The position numbers and the translations under genes are program-made. A stretch of 64,000 bases of DNA, taken from positions 30,256,001-30,320,000 of the forward strand of contig OX597831.1 in NCBI GenBank assembly GCA_951406725.2. The letters run 5' to 3'. The notes beneath the pieces were generated by a model, which searched no databases, was not told the DNA's origin, and saw nothing but the letters and a program-made list of their open reading frames with translations. Below are positions 28,386 through 44,080 of this stretch, piece by piece (within the stretch, counting starts at the first letter, position 1; each line of letters starts with the position of its first letter). The stretch is from Octopus vulgaris. Its lineage: Eukaryota.

Positions 28386-29497
28386 ACCTATTAGGTAAAA
28401 TATTTTCAGGGAAACAGGCTTATAATGGATATAATTTAATGGATTCCAATAAACATCATATTGGAACGAAAGGCAACATTAATCCTCGGAGGAATGCAAA
28501 TTCATATGCGAACGTAGGTGGACCAAAGGGAATATTAAATTACGATTAGAATGTTACGGATAATTAATCTCATCTCTGGGGAAGAAAAATGCCTTGATAA
28601 TTACATCTACAATTGGCAGAATCATAACAGAACCGGACGAAATGGATTGTGGTGTTTTGGTACGAGCCTTCATAGCCTGAGTTCTAATAACACCTGGAAT
28701 TGAAAACTAGTAAGAAAATCCAGGGCAAATTGAACAGCAGAAGCAGACGAAGCGCATCACCACCTAATACAAATGTTTCGGCCCTTATAACCTTGTACTC
28801 TAAGGCGTAATGAGTTACATGGGTTTTTTATATTCGTTCAAATCTTACCAAGGTAAGTTTCGGAGTTGATAAAATTAAGTACCGATCAAAAAGTTCATTT
28901 AAGCCACTGTACTTTCACCTCCAAACATTTGTTTTTATACCTATGTTAGCTATCAATATCTACATCTACACTGCGTTTCAGTCAATTTCATCGCTGATCG
29001 TCATCCAGTATCTTATTTTTGGATGTCTTCATAATACAGGTAAGGGTCCGAAATCGGAACATTTATTTCAAAACTAAATATAATAGCTTTTTTTGTCCAG
29101 CAAGTTGCGTGCATCAGCCGCAGATTGTCATTCCCTTCAGTTTTGAAACAAATGATTTAGTCTCAATTTAGCCCTCAATACAATCTAGAGAACAAGGATG
29201 ATGTTCAGAGATCAGATGGATTAAAAACTGTTTCTTCTTGATAAACGAAATATTATAAACGTGTTTGTAACGATGCGAGAAGTTCGACATCAGAATATTT
29301 TATGAAAATCCTGAAAGTTATTTAATTCGACGTTCTATATATTTTGTCGCCCTAGTAACATATTTCATTCTTTATTGTCGTAGGCATAGAGAGCTCATGA
29401 AAGGATGTTCACTTTCTGTCCCCTTCACGCAAAGGATGTTTCTACAGATGCACACTCATGCGCGCGCACACACACACATACACGCAGACACACATAA

Positions 29498-29747
29498 TAC
29501 TCTTTTACTCTTTTATTTGTTTCAGTCATTTGACTACGGCCATGCTGGAGCACCACCTTTAGTCGAGCAAATCGACCCCCAGGACTTATTCTTTGTAATA
29601 CTAGTACTTATTCTATTGGTCTCTTTTGCCGAACCGCTAAGTTACAGGGACGTAAACAACCAGCATCGGTTGTCAAGCGATGCTGGGGGAACAAACACAG
29701 ACACACAAACATATACACACACACACAAACACACACACACGCACACC

Positions 29748-29795
<48 letters not shown>

Positions 29796-29943
29796 CGACG
29801 GGCTTTCAGTTTCCGTCTACCAAATCCACTGACAAGACTTTGGTGGGCCCGAGGCAATAGTAGAAGACACTTGCCTAAGGTGCCACGCAGTGGAACTGAA
29901 CCCAGAACCATGTGGTTGGTAAGCAAGCTACTTACCACATAGC
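29498..29943 (-). mobile_element. SINE family B
   Basis: High similarity to 19404-19815. Confidence 0.92.
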
Positions 29944-30002
29944 TATTCCATATATATATATATGGAGAGAGAGAGAGATGGAGAGAGAAAGAGAGAGAGA
30001 GA

Positions 30003-30048
<46 letters not shown>

Positions 30049-30715
30049 AGGATCTATTTCAGAGCTCCAGCGTCCTTTAGTTAACGACGCCGTCAAGATG
30101 GATGTCAAAGTTGCTTTTGGCAGCATTTTGTCAAAGCATTGTTATTTTGATATGACGTAAATTATGATATTTAGTGATGTCCTTTTTATGATCTTCGTTT
30201 GCATTACGCCATGCTTCGATTCTGCATTCTTTTTATCTTTCTTAGCTCAATGAAGAAAGCATAAATCAATCAAGTATGGCGATAAATTTAATGGATTATA
30301 TACTTTCTTCTATAATGCGTATGTAACCTAGTGCACTAATCTTAATAAATATTGTTTCATTTTTTTGTTAATGTTGTCGTGGTCGTCGCTTCTGTTGTTG
30401 ATGTTATTAGTGGTGGTGGTGGTGGTGGTGGTGGTGGTGGTAGTGGTAGTTGTGTAAAATTGATGATGGAGGTTGTGATAATAAGCGTTGTTTACGTCAC
30501 TGTTTTCATATCTGTTATCGACGCTGTCGTCATCGTTATAGTTGCATGTTGTTATTCTCTAGTTCTGAGTTCCTAACAGATAAATTGAAATCGTGTCTTT
30601 AAATAATTGTGAACTGCCTTAGCGAAGAACACAAGTTTTCTGATGTACTGACTTAGCTGAGGAAGGAAGTAAAACATAAACAAAAGAAACAAATGAACAA
30701 AACTATAAAAAACAA

Positions 30716-30759
<44 letters not shown>

Positions 30760-32430
30760 TGCATCACGAAACAGCTGCAGAAGACAAATAAACAAAATAT
30801 GGAGAACAACGTTAGAAAGTTTCTTTATCTTTATTCTACATCCATGCACTTAGCTTTTTACTTTTATTACAAGTTATACGAGAAACCTGGTTTCGGCTAT
30901 GTTTTGCTTTTTGTTATTCTTAGCTATTTCACAATTGATATATATGTAATTGGTTCTGTCTTTGAGTAAACGTGTATATGCGTTCGTTTGTGCGCGCATT
31001 GTGCGTCTATGTACATGTGTGTGTGTGTGTGCGCGTGAGAGGAAATTAAATGAGGATATGATATCGTGTGCATTATATGTGCGTATGAATGTGTGTGCAT
31101 ATGTGCCTGTATGCGTGCACACGTGCGTCTGGTTACTGCTTATTTGTGTTGCTATGTATGCATTCGAATATTTGCAAATATGTGCGTTTATGCGTGGGGG
31201 TTCATGTATACGTAGATGCACGTATGTGTCTGCGAGTCGGTGGGTGTGTCTTGCTTCTTTAGATATTCGTATGTGCACAAACGTAGCTGTATTTCTACAT
31301 GCGTATATAAAACTATTCATATAAATGCATATATGTCTATTTGTATATATGTGCATGCATATCTGATTGTTTGTCTCTCCTTGTCGGTATGTATCTCACT
31401 CGCTCTACACACGCACACACACACACACAAACACACTCACACACATGTGCACACGTTCACACAAGCACACACGAGCACACACGCATATATACTCATATGT
31501 ATTCTTTAGAAATCTACGTCACTGGGGAAAAGTGAATTTTGCAGAGTTCTACATGAATTTACAAGTGTGGAAGTATACGTATATGGACGTGCAACGCAAA
31601 TGGATGGTATATTTGTATAGGAATATGGAGTACTAACAGCCTGCCTCTATGTAAAAGTACGAGCTACTGTGTTTGGGGTATTTCCCCTTCCCTCCATACA
31701 TCCATCCAACAATGCATTCATTCATATATTCATGCATGCATGCAAACATGCAAATACACGTAGGTATATGTATAAAAATCTATGTGTTTGAGCAATCCTG
31801 TTTATGCCTACGATGTGCATATAATTAACCCATTCATTGATAGAGCACAACGTTTTGCATAAGATTTGAAATGCAGAGTAGCCTCGCTGTGAAAACTATA
31901 CATACTCCAGAGTATTCTATCTCCATGTTTAATGGGATGATAAATTTCTTGCAGGTATTTGTAGCGTGGATAAACTAGGACTCAAGAAAACTAGCTAATC
32001 TAATTTGCATAAGAATGGGTGCGTTAATAAATAATGTTAGAAACAATTACCATCTCCATGAATACCAGATAGGTGGTTTTTCTCTTATGAAAGTGGCAGA
32101 AAACTACAAGTACATTATCATTACCACAATATTCTATCCAAGCAGAAATAATGTATATGGTGACACCATTTCCTTTATTATCCAGAAGGTGTTTAATTTG
32201 ATTCTTTATTAAATGAAGCATTCTCTATATTTTAAATTGCGTTTATAATAGCTTGTGTTAATGCACGAAACTTCGTTTATATGTGTATGTGTGCTAGTAG
32301 TTGTATCTGAGAGAGTGTGTGTGTGTGTGTAAGGTTATATATACGTATGTGTGTTTATATATCTGAATGTAACCTTTTTACATACACTACCTATATACCT
32401 GAGTGCACATTCGTATACAGCATATATATA

Positions 32431-32469
<39 letters not shown>

Positions 32470-32525
32470 CTATATTTATATATATAAATATACATATATG
32501 CACATATATATACTTATATACATAC

Positions 32526-32571
<46 letters not shown>

Positions 32572-32576
32572 GTATG

Positions 32577-32609
<33 letters not shown>

Positions 32610-32704
32610 ATATATATATATATGAAGGAGAGGCATACATATATAGTCAAATCGAAATATGTATTTGTAACTATATAGAAACATATTATTATGTCTCTCT
32701 CGGT

Positions 32705-32800
<96 letters not shown>

Positions 32801-32809
32801 ATGTATATA

Positions 32810-32973
32810 GGCGCAGGCGTGGATGTGTGGCAAGAAGCCTGCTTCCCAACCACATGGTTCCGGGTTGAGCCCCACTGCGCGACACCTTGTGCAAGTGTCT
32901 TCTGCTATAGCATCGGGCCGCCCAAAGCATTGTGAGAGGATGTCGTAGATGGAAACTGAAAGAAGCCCGTCGA

Positions 32974-33004
<31 letters not shown>

Positions 33005-33312
33005 GAGGCGCAATGGCCCAGTGGTTAGGGCAGCGAACTCGCGGTCGTAGAATCGCGGTTTTGATTCCTAGACAGGGCGTTGTGAGTGTTTATTGAGCGA
33101 AAACACCTATAGCTCCACGAGGCTCCGGCAGGGGATGGTGGCGATCCCTGCTGTACTCTTTCGCCGCAACTTTCTCTCACTCTTTTTTCTGTTGGCTTGG
33201 TCGCTTAGCCAGCGGGGTGGCGTCATTTGAAGGCTAAAACAATGCGAGGCGCATTGTGACCAGCGATGTGTAGCAACATCTGATAGCCTGGTCGGTCACG
33301 GTGATCACGGTG

Positions 33313-33369
<57 letters not shown>

Positions 33370-33553
33370 TGTGTTTTGGTTTGTGTTTGTTCCCCCACCA
33401 TCGCTTCACAACCGATGTTGATGTGTTTATGTCCTCGTAACTTAGTTCCAGGCTTGCAATACATAAGGCCAGGGATCGATTTCTTCGACTAAAAAAGTGG
33501 TGCCCCAGCATGGCCACAGTGAAAATGACTGAAACAAGTAAAAGAATAAAAGT
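32810..33553 (+). mobile_element. SINE family B split by a nested family C SINE
   Basis: 5' half 32810-32972 and 3' half about 33335-33553. Confidence 0.88.
33004..33314 (+). mobile_element. SINE family C head with tail y
   Basis: Head shared with 13738; different tail ending in repeated cacggtgat. Confidence 0.88.
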
Positions 33554-33912
33554 ATATGTACATATCTGTCTGTTTGTCTGCTGTCTGTCAATCTATTCAT
33601 CTCTCCATCTATTTATCTACCTATCTATCTATATATCTCTCTCCTTACGAACATTCACATGCATGCACACACACACATAAATATACAATATGCATTTTGT
33701 TTATAATGAGTATGAGGGTGTGTTCGCATATATGTATACTTGTTTGAATGTATGTATATAAGTATGTATATACATATATATGTACATATATGTATATGTG
33801 TACATATATATAAATTTACATACATATACATATATATACACACCTATACACACATATATATACAAACACACACACACACACACACACACATATATTTATG
33901 AGTGTGTGTTAG

Positions 33913-33964
<52 letters not shown>

Positions 33965-34135
33965 TGTATACATATATGTGTGTGTGCGTATTTGGGTATC
34001 TGTATGTGCTAGTTTGTGCGCATGTATCTGTGTAAACATGTACATGTTTGTGTTAGTGTGTGTATTTATCATCCCGCAACTATATGTTTTCTGGCGTTGC
34101 TTTCAAGCATAATCTTTCAAGCATAATTGTGTTTA

Positions 34136-34182
<47 letters not shown>

Positions 34183-34395
34183 GCGCGCACGCACGCATAC
34201 AGGCACATACACGCACATGAAATACATTTAAATGTATATATAAGTATATTATATATATGTCTATATATATATGCATATAAATCTTTTTTCATATACATTC
34301 AGAAACATTCGTATATTTGCATGCACATTCCACATATGTAGTAGATATATTTATGTAAATGTATGATGTCTGTTGCCTGGATATCTGTATATACG

Positions 34396-34439
<44 letters not shown>

Positions 34440-34481
34440 TAGATAGATAGTAGATATATTTAGTAGATATTTATATATGTG

Positions 34482-34603
<122 letters not shown>

Positions 34604-35107
34604 TATATATTTAGGTTTATGAATGCATGTGCATATAGAATTTAGTTTCAGCTACCTGCAGGCATATCATGTTTCCCTATATCAATGCTAGAAATCTGAA
34701 GCGTTGTCACAACCATGTGAGGGAATGAATTCCATGAATGGAGGTTAGAAGTTTTTTGAGAAGTACAACAATTGCAGCAACAACAATTAACAAGAACGTG
34801 AAACATAAACAAATACGACGACAGCAACAACTCCAACGGCATCCAAAACAGCAACATATCAGCCATTGATAAAACAGGGTTAATAATAATAGCAGTAACC
34901 TACACAACAACCGCAGTATCTAGTATCAGGACAACTAGAAGAGCAATAAGAATAATAATATTGATAGCAGCAACAACAATGTCTATATTGATAACAACAA
35001 TAATATTTGCGTTTTACACCACCTGACAACAACGAAAAAACAACAACTGTAACAACGAAACACTGACAACAAGAATGATGACAATACACTAAAATTACTC
35101 GCTAGAG

Positions 35108-35190
35108 CAGTGTTTTTCCACCATTTTTCATTTAAGGACCTCTTTGATTCTTACTTTATTCAGATGGGCCCTCCTAGCCATTCAGTGTGA
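35108..35190 (+). mobile_element. hAT MITE 5' fragment
   Basis: cagtgtttttcc... colinear with the start of the 49421 element. Confidence 0.55.
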
Positions 35191-35439
35191 AATGCACGTT
35201 TTTAGAAACCACTTCAAACCAGAGCTACGTCTGTTCCGATAATCGGCGGTAGCTTGGTCAGCGACTGTAACGGTCAATAGTCGACGGCAAACAAAGCTGA
35301 TACGGATCATACTATCCCAAAGTGTGTATGTTTCTCTCAAAGGAGCACACATGAATTTATATTCCCACTAAAAATTCGAACATTCGGAGCCGGTTCGATC
35401 CATCCTGAGTGAATGTCGCTTCTAGCACAAGTAAATATA

Positions 35440-36110
35440 CATTTGCATAGTTACCCATACGTATTCGCAAATACACTAACTTATGATCTTAGGATGGTAA
35501 CCCTATTAATACATATGTGCCAACTAATATTATAGCCCGTAAATCTACGAGACCGGAAACACTGATGCTGTTTAGGTTCTTCTTGAAGAGTTTAATTTCG
35601 GCGAGTGCTGAGGGGATTTCTAGAGAGCCAACATTTGGCAGGGCTCTACTTGCATAATGATCATGTTTATGCAAAGTGAGTTTCGATGAGGTCTTCTTTA
35701 TTATGACAAATGATTGTGATACATTTTTCTCATGAACGAGACAAGATTGATATAATCACAATACAAGCATCCTTTCGAGGTCTTTTTTCATGACGTCAGT
35801 GCAGGTTTAGGTTTGTCGTAAAGTCTTTTTTGCTCGTGTAGGACTTGAAGGGAAAAGCGCAAGGTGGTATCAACAGAATATTTTATGGACAATGTCAGGT
35901 GTGATAACAGATATGTCCTTGTTGCACAAGAGGATAAAGATGGGAGATGGAATCTTGAGTTGACAGAGTGTGGCTTGTTGAAGTTCTATCAGTATCGAAC
36001 GGGGTAGTGCGATATAATGGGGTATAACAAATCCAAGAAATGGGGGACTGATCAAGACAACAGGCAAGCAGTTTCGACATTGTGTATACACATACACACA
36101 CTTGCTAATT
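35440..36110 (-). mobile_element. Decayed RTE-like reverse transcriptase fragment
   Basis: Degenerate KKxDL...ISL...KNL...VDL motifs in RT order; frameshifted. Confidence 0.45.
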
Positions 36111-36351
36111 AAATGCTATGTCCTGATATTGGAAGGACTCATTCGTAACTGAAGAAGTTGAATTCCTGATGGTATTTGATGAGTTCTAAAATACCTGAAT
36201 AAAAAATTCAAATGTTCTAGGTATTGCTTTACTACTAAGGTTTAATGCTGTAGGGGTCAGTTAGTATGTTTCCCAGTCACAAACAATCGCAGTCGTTGGC
36301 TGCTATTCCCAACCATAGTGTGTTATTGCAAACTGTATATATAAACATAAA

Positions 36352-36607
36352 ATAAATAAATGCGCCCTTTTAGTGCCTAGCCAGGTTCATGGGCCCGGTT
36401 TCCCGGTTTCTATGGCGTATGTGTTCCCCAGCTGGACGGGACACCAGTCCATCGCAGCGTTACTCATTTTTGCCAGCTGAGTGGACGAGAGCAACGTGAA
36501 ATGAAGTGTTTTGCTCAAGAACACAACGCGTCACCCGGTCCAGGAAACGAAACCACAATCTTACGACCATGATTTCAACACCCTAACCACTAAGCCACGC
36601 GCCTCCA
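36352..36607 (-). mobile_element. SINE family D head with tail z (V-domain-like gcgatggactggtgtcccgtccag)
   Basis: Head and body shared with 39298-39617; distinct tail. Confidence 0.85.
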
Positions 36608-37389
36608 GATATATAACCATAACCTGATATATTTATGACATCGATTAATAGAGGCTGTTGGCATCTGTCACATCCAATCCATCCTTTGACTAGCGGTAGA
36701 ATATTTTCTTTTACTCCACCCAGTGGGCTTTAGTTATGACATGGAAACCCCAAAGTGCAATGATTTTGTCATTTGTATATTTGCCAAGGGATTTATTCGA
36801 CTGCCATTGCTTGTTGAAACAATTTTGATAAAAAAAATTAATGTGTGGCCGTGACATTTGGTGTTTTATTGTGTGTATATTTTATAAGTGATATCCAGAG
36901 GACAATTGTAGGTGCATATATGAGGGAGCTTCATATGTGCAGTTATGTGTATGCGCATGAAAGATTTTACATTTAAGTAGCATATATATATTAATATATA
37001 CACACACACATATATTCATATATACATACATACATACATACATATATATGTAAATATTTATACATACACACACATATATATATATATATATATACATACA
37101 TACATATATGTAACTGTATGTGATGTGATTGCGTAGGTAATGTGCAAGCGTGTAGATGTACGTGGGAGATGTATTCAGTTGCATAGTATAGCGTGTGTAA
37201 GCATATATGTTACTGTTGTGCACATGTATGTGATTTGCTGTGAGTGAGATGATTTATTCTCTCCCCTTTTCTAACTCTCTTCTTTTGTGCGTGCATGTGA
37301 GTGTAATGTTTATACATAGATATCCTTGTGTTTAAGATTGATTTTAGGTGTGCATAAATTATAATTTATGAAGGCATATGCATATATAT

Positions 37390-37807
37390 ACTCTTACTCT
37401 TTTACTCTTTTACTTGTTTCAGTCATTTGACTGCGGCCATGCTGGAGCACCGCCTTTAGTCGAGCAAATCGGCCCCAGGACTTATTCTTTGTAAGCCCAG
37501 TACTTATTCTATCGGTCTCTTTTGCCGAACCGCTAAGTGACGGGGACGTAAACACACCAGCATCGGTTGTCAAGCAATGCTAGGGGGACAAACACATATA
37601 CACAAACATATACACACACACACATATATATATATACATATAAACGACAGGCTTCTTTCAGTTTCCGTCTACCAAATCCACTCACAAGGCATTGGTCGGC
37701 CCGAGGCTATAGTAGAAGACACTTGCCCAAGGTGCCATGCAGTGGGACTGAACCCGGAACCATGTGGTTGGTTAGCAAGCTACTTACCACACAGCCACTC
37801 CTGCGCC
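37390..37807 (-). mobile_element. SINE family B, full length, young
   Basis: Near-identical to 19404-19815. Confidence 0.93.
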
Positions 37808-37920
37808 TATCTACAGTTATGGTATATTCTTTTAAGAACGTAGTAGAGTACAGTGTAAAGCTCGTGAAAAAATGAAATATCCCGCCGTACGCCTTCTTGT
37901 TGACCCCAACTTTTTCAATT

Positions 37921-37988
<68 letters not shown>

Positions 37989-38076
37989 AATGTGTGTAAC
38001 TGTGTTTGTTATTTCCTGCTATGTGTATAGATTGATTCTAATGAGTAGTATGTACAAGCAGTAACTAATATATTAA

Positions 38077-38246
38077 CATTTCGTTCGTCTTTACGTTCTG
38101 AGTTCAAATTCCGCCGAGGTCGATTTTGTCTTTCATTCTTTCGGGGTTGATAAATTAAGTACCAGTAGAATACTGGGCACGATGTAATCGACTGACCCCT
38201 TCCTCGGAAATTGTTGGCCTTGTGCCACAACTTCAAATCAATATAT
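38077..38246 (+). mobile_element. SINE family A, 5'-truncated
   Basis: Similarity to family A. Confidence 0.82.
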
Positions 38247-38255
38247 TGATTTCTG

Positions 38256-38683
<428 letters not shown>

Positions 38684-39260
38684 ACATAGATGCATACATA
38701 CATATGTACACAGCACATATACAGATATACGTACATAACTGTTTGTATTTGTTTGTGTAGCCTCCAAACATTGCTTATCTAGGACTCACCAAATAATATT
38801 TCGTTTCTTTTCGAAAGTATGGTAACGAAATTCGAGGACGAGCAGGCTACTATATCCAGCTAACCAATGCCTCATATAAAACTCGTAAACAGCAAAATAA
38901 TAACTACATGTAATATTGAAAGCTTGTCATCTAAATATTTGTCAGACTTTACGAAATTGATCAAATTCGTTAATTTTATTGAACGAACTAATTAATTAAT
39001 AAAACTATAATAGAAATGTTGCTGCTAAATGACTAGTCAGACTTCCGGAAGACTGATATCACTGATTAAGTTGATCAATTTTCTTAAATCAATTAATCTA
39101 CAAAGTTTTAATTGTGTAATTGCCGTGCTAATAGAAATGAAGATATCTTAAAAATAAATTGTTAGTCTTTAGAATTTTACAATATTGAAATAAAAATTTG
39201 AATACCACTGGGCAGAAACATAAACATGTGTGTGTGTGTGTGTGTATGTCTGGATGTTTG

Positions 39261-39293
<33 letters not shown>

Positions 39294-39297
39294 GAGA

Positions 39298-39616
39298 ACT
39301 CTGTCGGTTACGACGACGAGGGTCCCAGCTGATATGATCAACGGAACAGCCTGCTCTTGAAATTAACATGCAAGAGGTTGAGCAATTCACAGACACGCGC
39401 ACCCCCAGCGTTGTTCTCAGGGAGATTCAGCGTGAATCACTGAATGTGACAAGGCTGACCCTTTGAAATGCAGGTACAACTCATTTTTGCCAGCTGAGTG
39501 GACTGGAGCAACGTGAAATAAAGTGTCTTGCTCAAGGACACAATGCTTCACCGGGAATCGAACTCACGACCTTACAATAGTGAGCCGAATGCCCTAACCA
39601 CTAAGCCACGCGCCTC

Positions 39617-39617
<1 letters not shown>
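39298..39617 (-). mobile_element. SINE family D, tail x
   Basis: tRNA-like head with box A TGGCTTAGTGG and box B GTTCGATTCC. Confidence 0.92.
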
Positions 39618-39709
<92 letters not shown>

Positions 39710-39750
39710 GCACACACACACATACACATATATAATATCTATCTATCTAC

Positions 39751-39839
<89 letters not shown>

Positions 39840-39847
39840 CATCTCTC

Positions 39848-39922
<75 letters not shown>

Positions 39923-39983
39923 CTTTCTCTCTCTCCCTCTATATGTATATATACAATAGTATATATGTACATGTGTAGGGTTA

Positions 39984-40565
39984 TCTATATTACATAAAAG
40001 AGAAATTCTTTGTATGTGTGTTTATATGGATGTATACTCGAAGTTGTGGGCCACAGTTCTGTGCCTAGCTGGCTCAAATTCTACCTAAAAACACATTTTA
40101 ACTAGGAGAGAGTCACAAGTTACATGACCTTACCAGATATGTTCTGCAATTTTAGAAAACCAAGAATAGTTAATTATTACCCCCAAGCACTGCACTAGAT
40201 AATGGAGAAAGTTACTAATTAGAGGATTGATTAATTTACAGTAATTATTTAAATTATTCAATATTTCGAAGAAAAAAATATCGTGAAAACTTTTTCACAA
40301 GAACAAAAAAATTCAGAATTAAATTTAATTATAGGTATTAGTTTATTTTTTAATTTTTCGTTTAGTTTTATGAAACTCAATGTTTTTATGAAACCAACGT
40401 GAATTGCTTCGAGACAGCAAACCTGAGTCAATCAACATCTTGTAGCAGCTGATGATGGCCAGCATATATTTAAAGCAATTTATCTAAAATATAGCGAATA
40501 CATGTAACGGCATTTACTTTAAATATTAAGAAAACCCGGGCAACATCGGGTGCCGTTACTGCAAT
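39984..40565 (+). mobile_element. Probable non-autonomous Helitron
   Basis: Begins A|TCTATATTACATAAAAG, with subterminal hairpin acccgggcaacatcgggt at 40534-40551. The terminal CTAG is not intact. Confidence 0.55.
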
Positions 40566-40616
40566 ATGAATGCGTACGCTTGAGGACGTGCGCACGTGTG
40601 AGTGAACGTACGTATA

Positions 40617-40660
<44 letters not shown>

Positions 40661-41572
40661 ATAGATTTCTAGACCTGTTGGTGCGTTGAACAAAAGTCTC
40701 CATCTCACGCTGCTTTGCAATCACTTTGACATCTGGCATAGGGTACACTATGTACTTGTACAGACGATGTCGATTTGATGGAGGGAATGGGCTAATGCAC
40801 GGCACAAGCATTTGGTTACTATTAAAAAAAATAATAACTGCAAGTCGAGCAAAAATTTTCTGAAACGTCCTCTCTTGCCTACAGCAGGAGAACCAACGAT
40901 CATTAGTAGTAGCGGTAGTGATAAAAGCAGTTGTAGTAGTTTAAGATAATGTGCCTCATAGCAGTGTTTAAGACATTCCTGTCATAATAATCAGTTTTTA
41001 GGAGCACATGACCCAATGTTACCTTTATTTTGGAAAGACAATATGTAGTGTTTTGTGTGAGAGTTAGCTACTATTTCGCTAATGGAGCAATACCTTAATA
41101 GACCCCACTTTATCCCTTTTGTAAATTACAACTGAGTAAGGATAATTTGTTTTTCGCTTGGGTTTTTTTTTATTCCTTCAGATGATTTATAGGGAAAGGT
41201 GATGGGGCAGATAGAGACACACACAACTGGTAAGGTCAGAATGAAGAATGAAGAATTATGCATCTTTAATTAATAATTAACAGCATGCTGACACGTGTTT
41301 CTGTTATGGAAGCGTTTTAGGATCATTAGATGCGATGATTCTGCAAGTTAATTGATTCATATTAAATGTATTAGAATATTATGTAGAGCGAAAGGTATAT
41401 ACAAGTATTACTTTTTCAAGGCGCTCCTTCTTAAGAATATTGATGAGAACTGATATTAGTGGCAGTAAACTTAAGTGACCAAGAAGACAAAGGAAAGAGA
41501 AGACAAAGGAGAGAAGGGGTAGAAATGTGGAATTAATAATGAAATATATGTTAAGGTTTCTAGTTGTATTTT

Positions 41573-41992
41573 CTTATTTCTTTATTGTCCACAAGGGGTT
41601 AAACATAGAGGGGACAAACAAGGACAGACAAAGGGATTAAGTCGATTACATCGACCCTAGTGCATGACTGATACTTAATTTATCGACGCCGAAAGGATGA
41701 AAGACAAAGTCGACCTTGGCGGAATTTGAACTCAGAACGTAACGGCAGACGAAATACCTATTTCTTTATTACCCACAAGGGGCTAAACATAGAGGGGACA
41801 AACAAGGACAGACATAGGTATTAAGTCGATTACATCGACCCCAGTGCGTAACTGGTATTTAATATATCGACCCCGAAAGGATGAAAGACAAAGTCGACCT
41901 CGGCGGAATTTGAACTGACAACGTAACGGCAGACGAAATACCGCTAAGCATTTCGCCCGGCGTGCTAACGTTTCTACCAGCCCGCCGCCTTA
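41573..41992 (-). mobile_element. SINE family A dimer (tail 2 + tail 2)
   Basis: Two tandem bodies; TSD TCTAGTTGTATTTT at 41559-41572 and 41993-42006. Confidence 0.93.
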
Positions 41993-42094
41993 TCTAGTTG
42001 TATTTTAGCTCAAACTGACCTCAGTGGACAGTAAATATATAATTTTCATGGCTGTTATACTCAAAACAGATGTCAATATTACATGTAGAAACGA

Positions 42095-42292
42095 AGGCGG
42101 TGAGCTCGCAGAATCGTTAGCACGCCAGGCAAAATGCTTATCGGCATTTTGTCCCTCTTTACATCCTAAGTTCAAATTTCACCGAAGTCGAGTTTAGCTT
42201 TGTTCCTTTAGGGCCGATTAAATACTAGGGTCGGTTTAATCGACTTACCTCTCCTGCCGAAATTGTTGGCCTGTGCCAGAATTTGAAACTAA
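42095..42292 (+). mobile_element. SINE family A, tail 1, older
   Basis: Similarity to family A. Confidence 0.82.
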
Positions 42293-42404
42293 TTTTACAT
42301 ATACGATTTCATCGATACTGACCAAACCAACTATATTACACTATGATTGCAAACACACACACTCACACACACACACAAACACAAGCACACATATACATTA
42401 TGCA

Positions 42405-42660
42405 TGCGTGTGTCGTGAAAGATTCCCTGCGAGTCGATATGGAGGACGCTGACCACCATTGAAATGAGAGGAAATGAGCGAAGGTGGAAGAGGCTGCAGA
42501 AAGAGCCTTTTTCTGGCTATGGAGCAACAGAGAGGAGTTAAACTGGAAGCTAATAGATGAGCAACTGTGATTTGGACACCTGTGCTGACCCAACAACAAG
42601 AGGATGTTACGGTTCAGGGCCGAAACACCCGATGAGTCGGATACGATCTGATGACATCAT
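42405..42660 (+). mobile_element. HERO-like RLE LINE 3' end
   Basis: Decayed CRxFPxxSIWR...EEAAERAxFWLWS motifs and a 3' UTR with ccgaaacacc...ctgatga, as I recall for HERO elements. Confidence 0.6.
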
Positions 42661-42763
42661 TTACTCCATTCACTTCATTGAGTGGAAAATAAACACTTTA
42701 TTCTAGGTGTTATCAAAACACACACACACACACAGACGTATATATATATGTCTGTGTATACAT

Positions 42764-42803
<40 letters not shown>

Positions 42804-42807
<4 letters not shown>

Positions 42808-43146
42808 GGTAAAGACCCCCTTCGGTCATGAATGACCATGGGATTGCACCTAGAAAGTTACCCTCCTAGACACAAGTCCGGGCAAGATTGTTTATGGAAG
42901 GCCAGCAGTCGCCCATGCATACCAGCCTCCCCTCTCCACGCAACCAGTGTTATCCAAGGGAAAGGCAAGGGCCAATACAGCTTGGCACCTGTGACGTCGC
43001 AACTCATTTCTACAGCTGAGTGAACTGGAGCAACGTGAAATAAAGTGCCTTGCTCGATAACACAACACGCAGCCCGGTCCGGGATTCGAGCTCACAACCT
43101 CATGATCGTAAGCTCGACGCTCTAACCACTGAGCCATGCGCCTTCA
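42804..43146 (-). mobile_element. SINE family D head with tail w
   Basis: Head and body shared with family D; third distinct tail. Confidence 0.88.
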
Positions 43147-43925
43147 CTTTGTTATATACACACACATATCTGCTTTACCATATTACAGACTATATTTTAG
43201 GCCAACACTGTATGAAAACACCCTGTATTTATATTTGAATATTTTCATGAGCAGACAGAGAAGGACCAGCTGGACTAGTTCGTATCGAATTTATTTAATT
43301 ATGGCGTCTTTAACTAAATGGTTAAAGTGATTACTCACATGTTGATGAAACTTCAGACTTGTACTGAAAGTATTCCAGTTAATAGTTTCCCATTTGTCAA
43401 GGTTCTGATCTTATCTTTTACTTTTTCAGTTATTGGACTGCGGTCATGCTGGGATCACCACCTTGAAGGATTTTACCCGCACAAATCATCGACCCAAGTA
43501 CTTTTTGAAAGGGTAATAACTATTCGATTGATCTAAGATTGCCGAATTGATTCTCAAACCTTACTGGAGTCTTCTCAGAGGTGTCAACACCAAACTGACC
43601 AGTCCCAGAGAAATAAGCACTCAATCTGTTTATATCCTTAACTAATGCAGTAGATATACAGAATTGGAGGTATTAATTTGTGTACGATAAGTCTTTAACG
43701 CTTTCTTTAATATCAGCGGCCTGTCAACGGGGATTCTAATCCAAACAGTATAAAGGTATGATATAACATACGTAACTACAACAGGCTTCTTTCAGTTTCA
43801 GCGTATCAAATCTATCTCAGGCTATGATCGACTCGGAGCTATAGTACAAGACATTTAGGCAAGTGTTTTTGGAAGCAATCTTCCTACTACACAGCAATGT
43901 CTTCAAATATATCCAATTATACATA

Positions 43926-44016
<91 letters not shown>

Positions 44017-44080
44017 GGACAATATTAAATTATATATAATAGATATTATTATATATCATATTATATATTATATTATATGG

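Noticed and set aside
34633-34866. Possible extra minus-strand exon
   Set aside because: Weak donor (GTAGCT), no clear acceptor and no cyclase similarity.
42620-42660. GAAAC...GTC...CTGATGA order resembling a type II hammerhead
   Set aside because: Stems I and II cannot form next to the core; better explained as a HERO-like 3' UTR.
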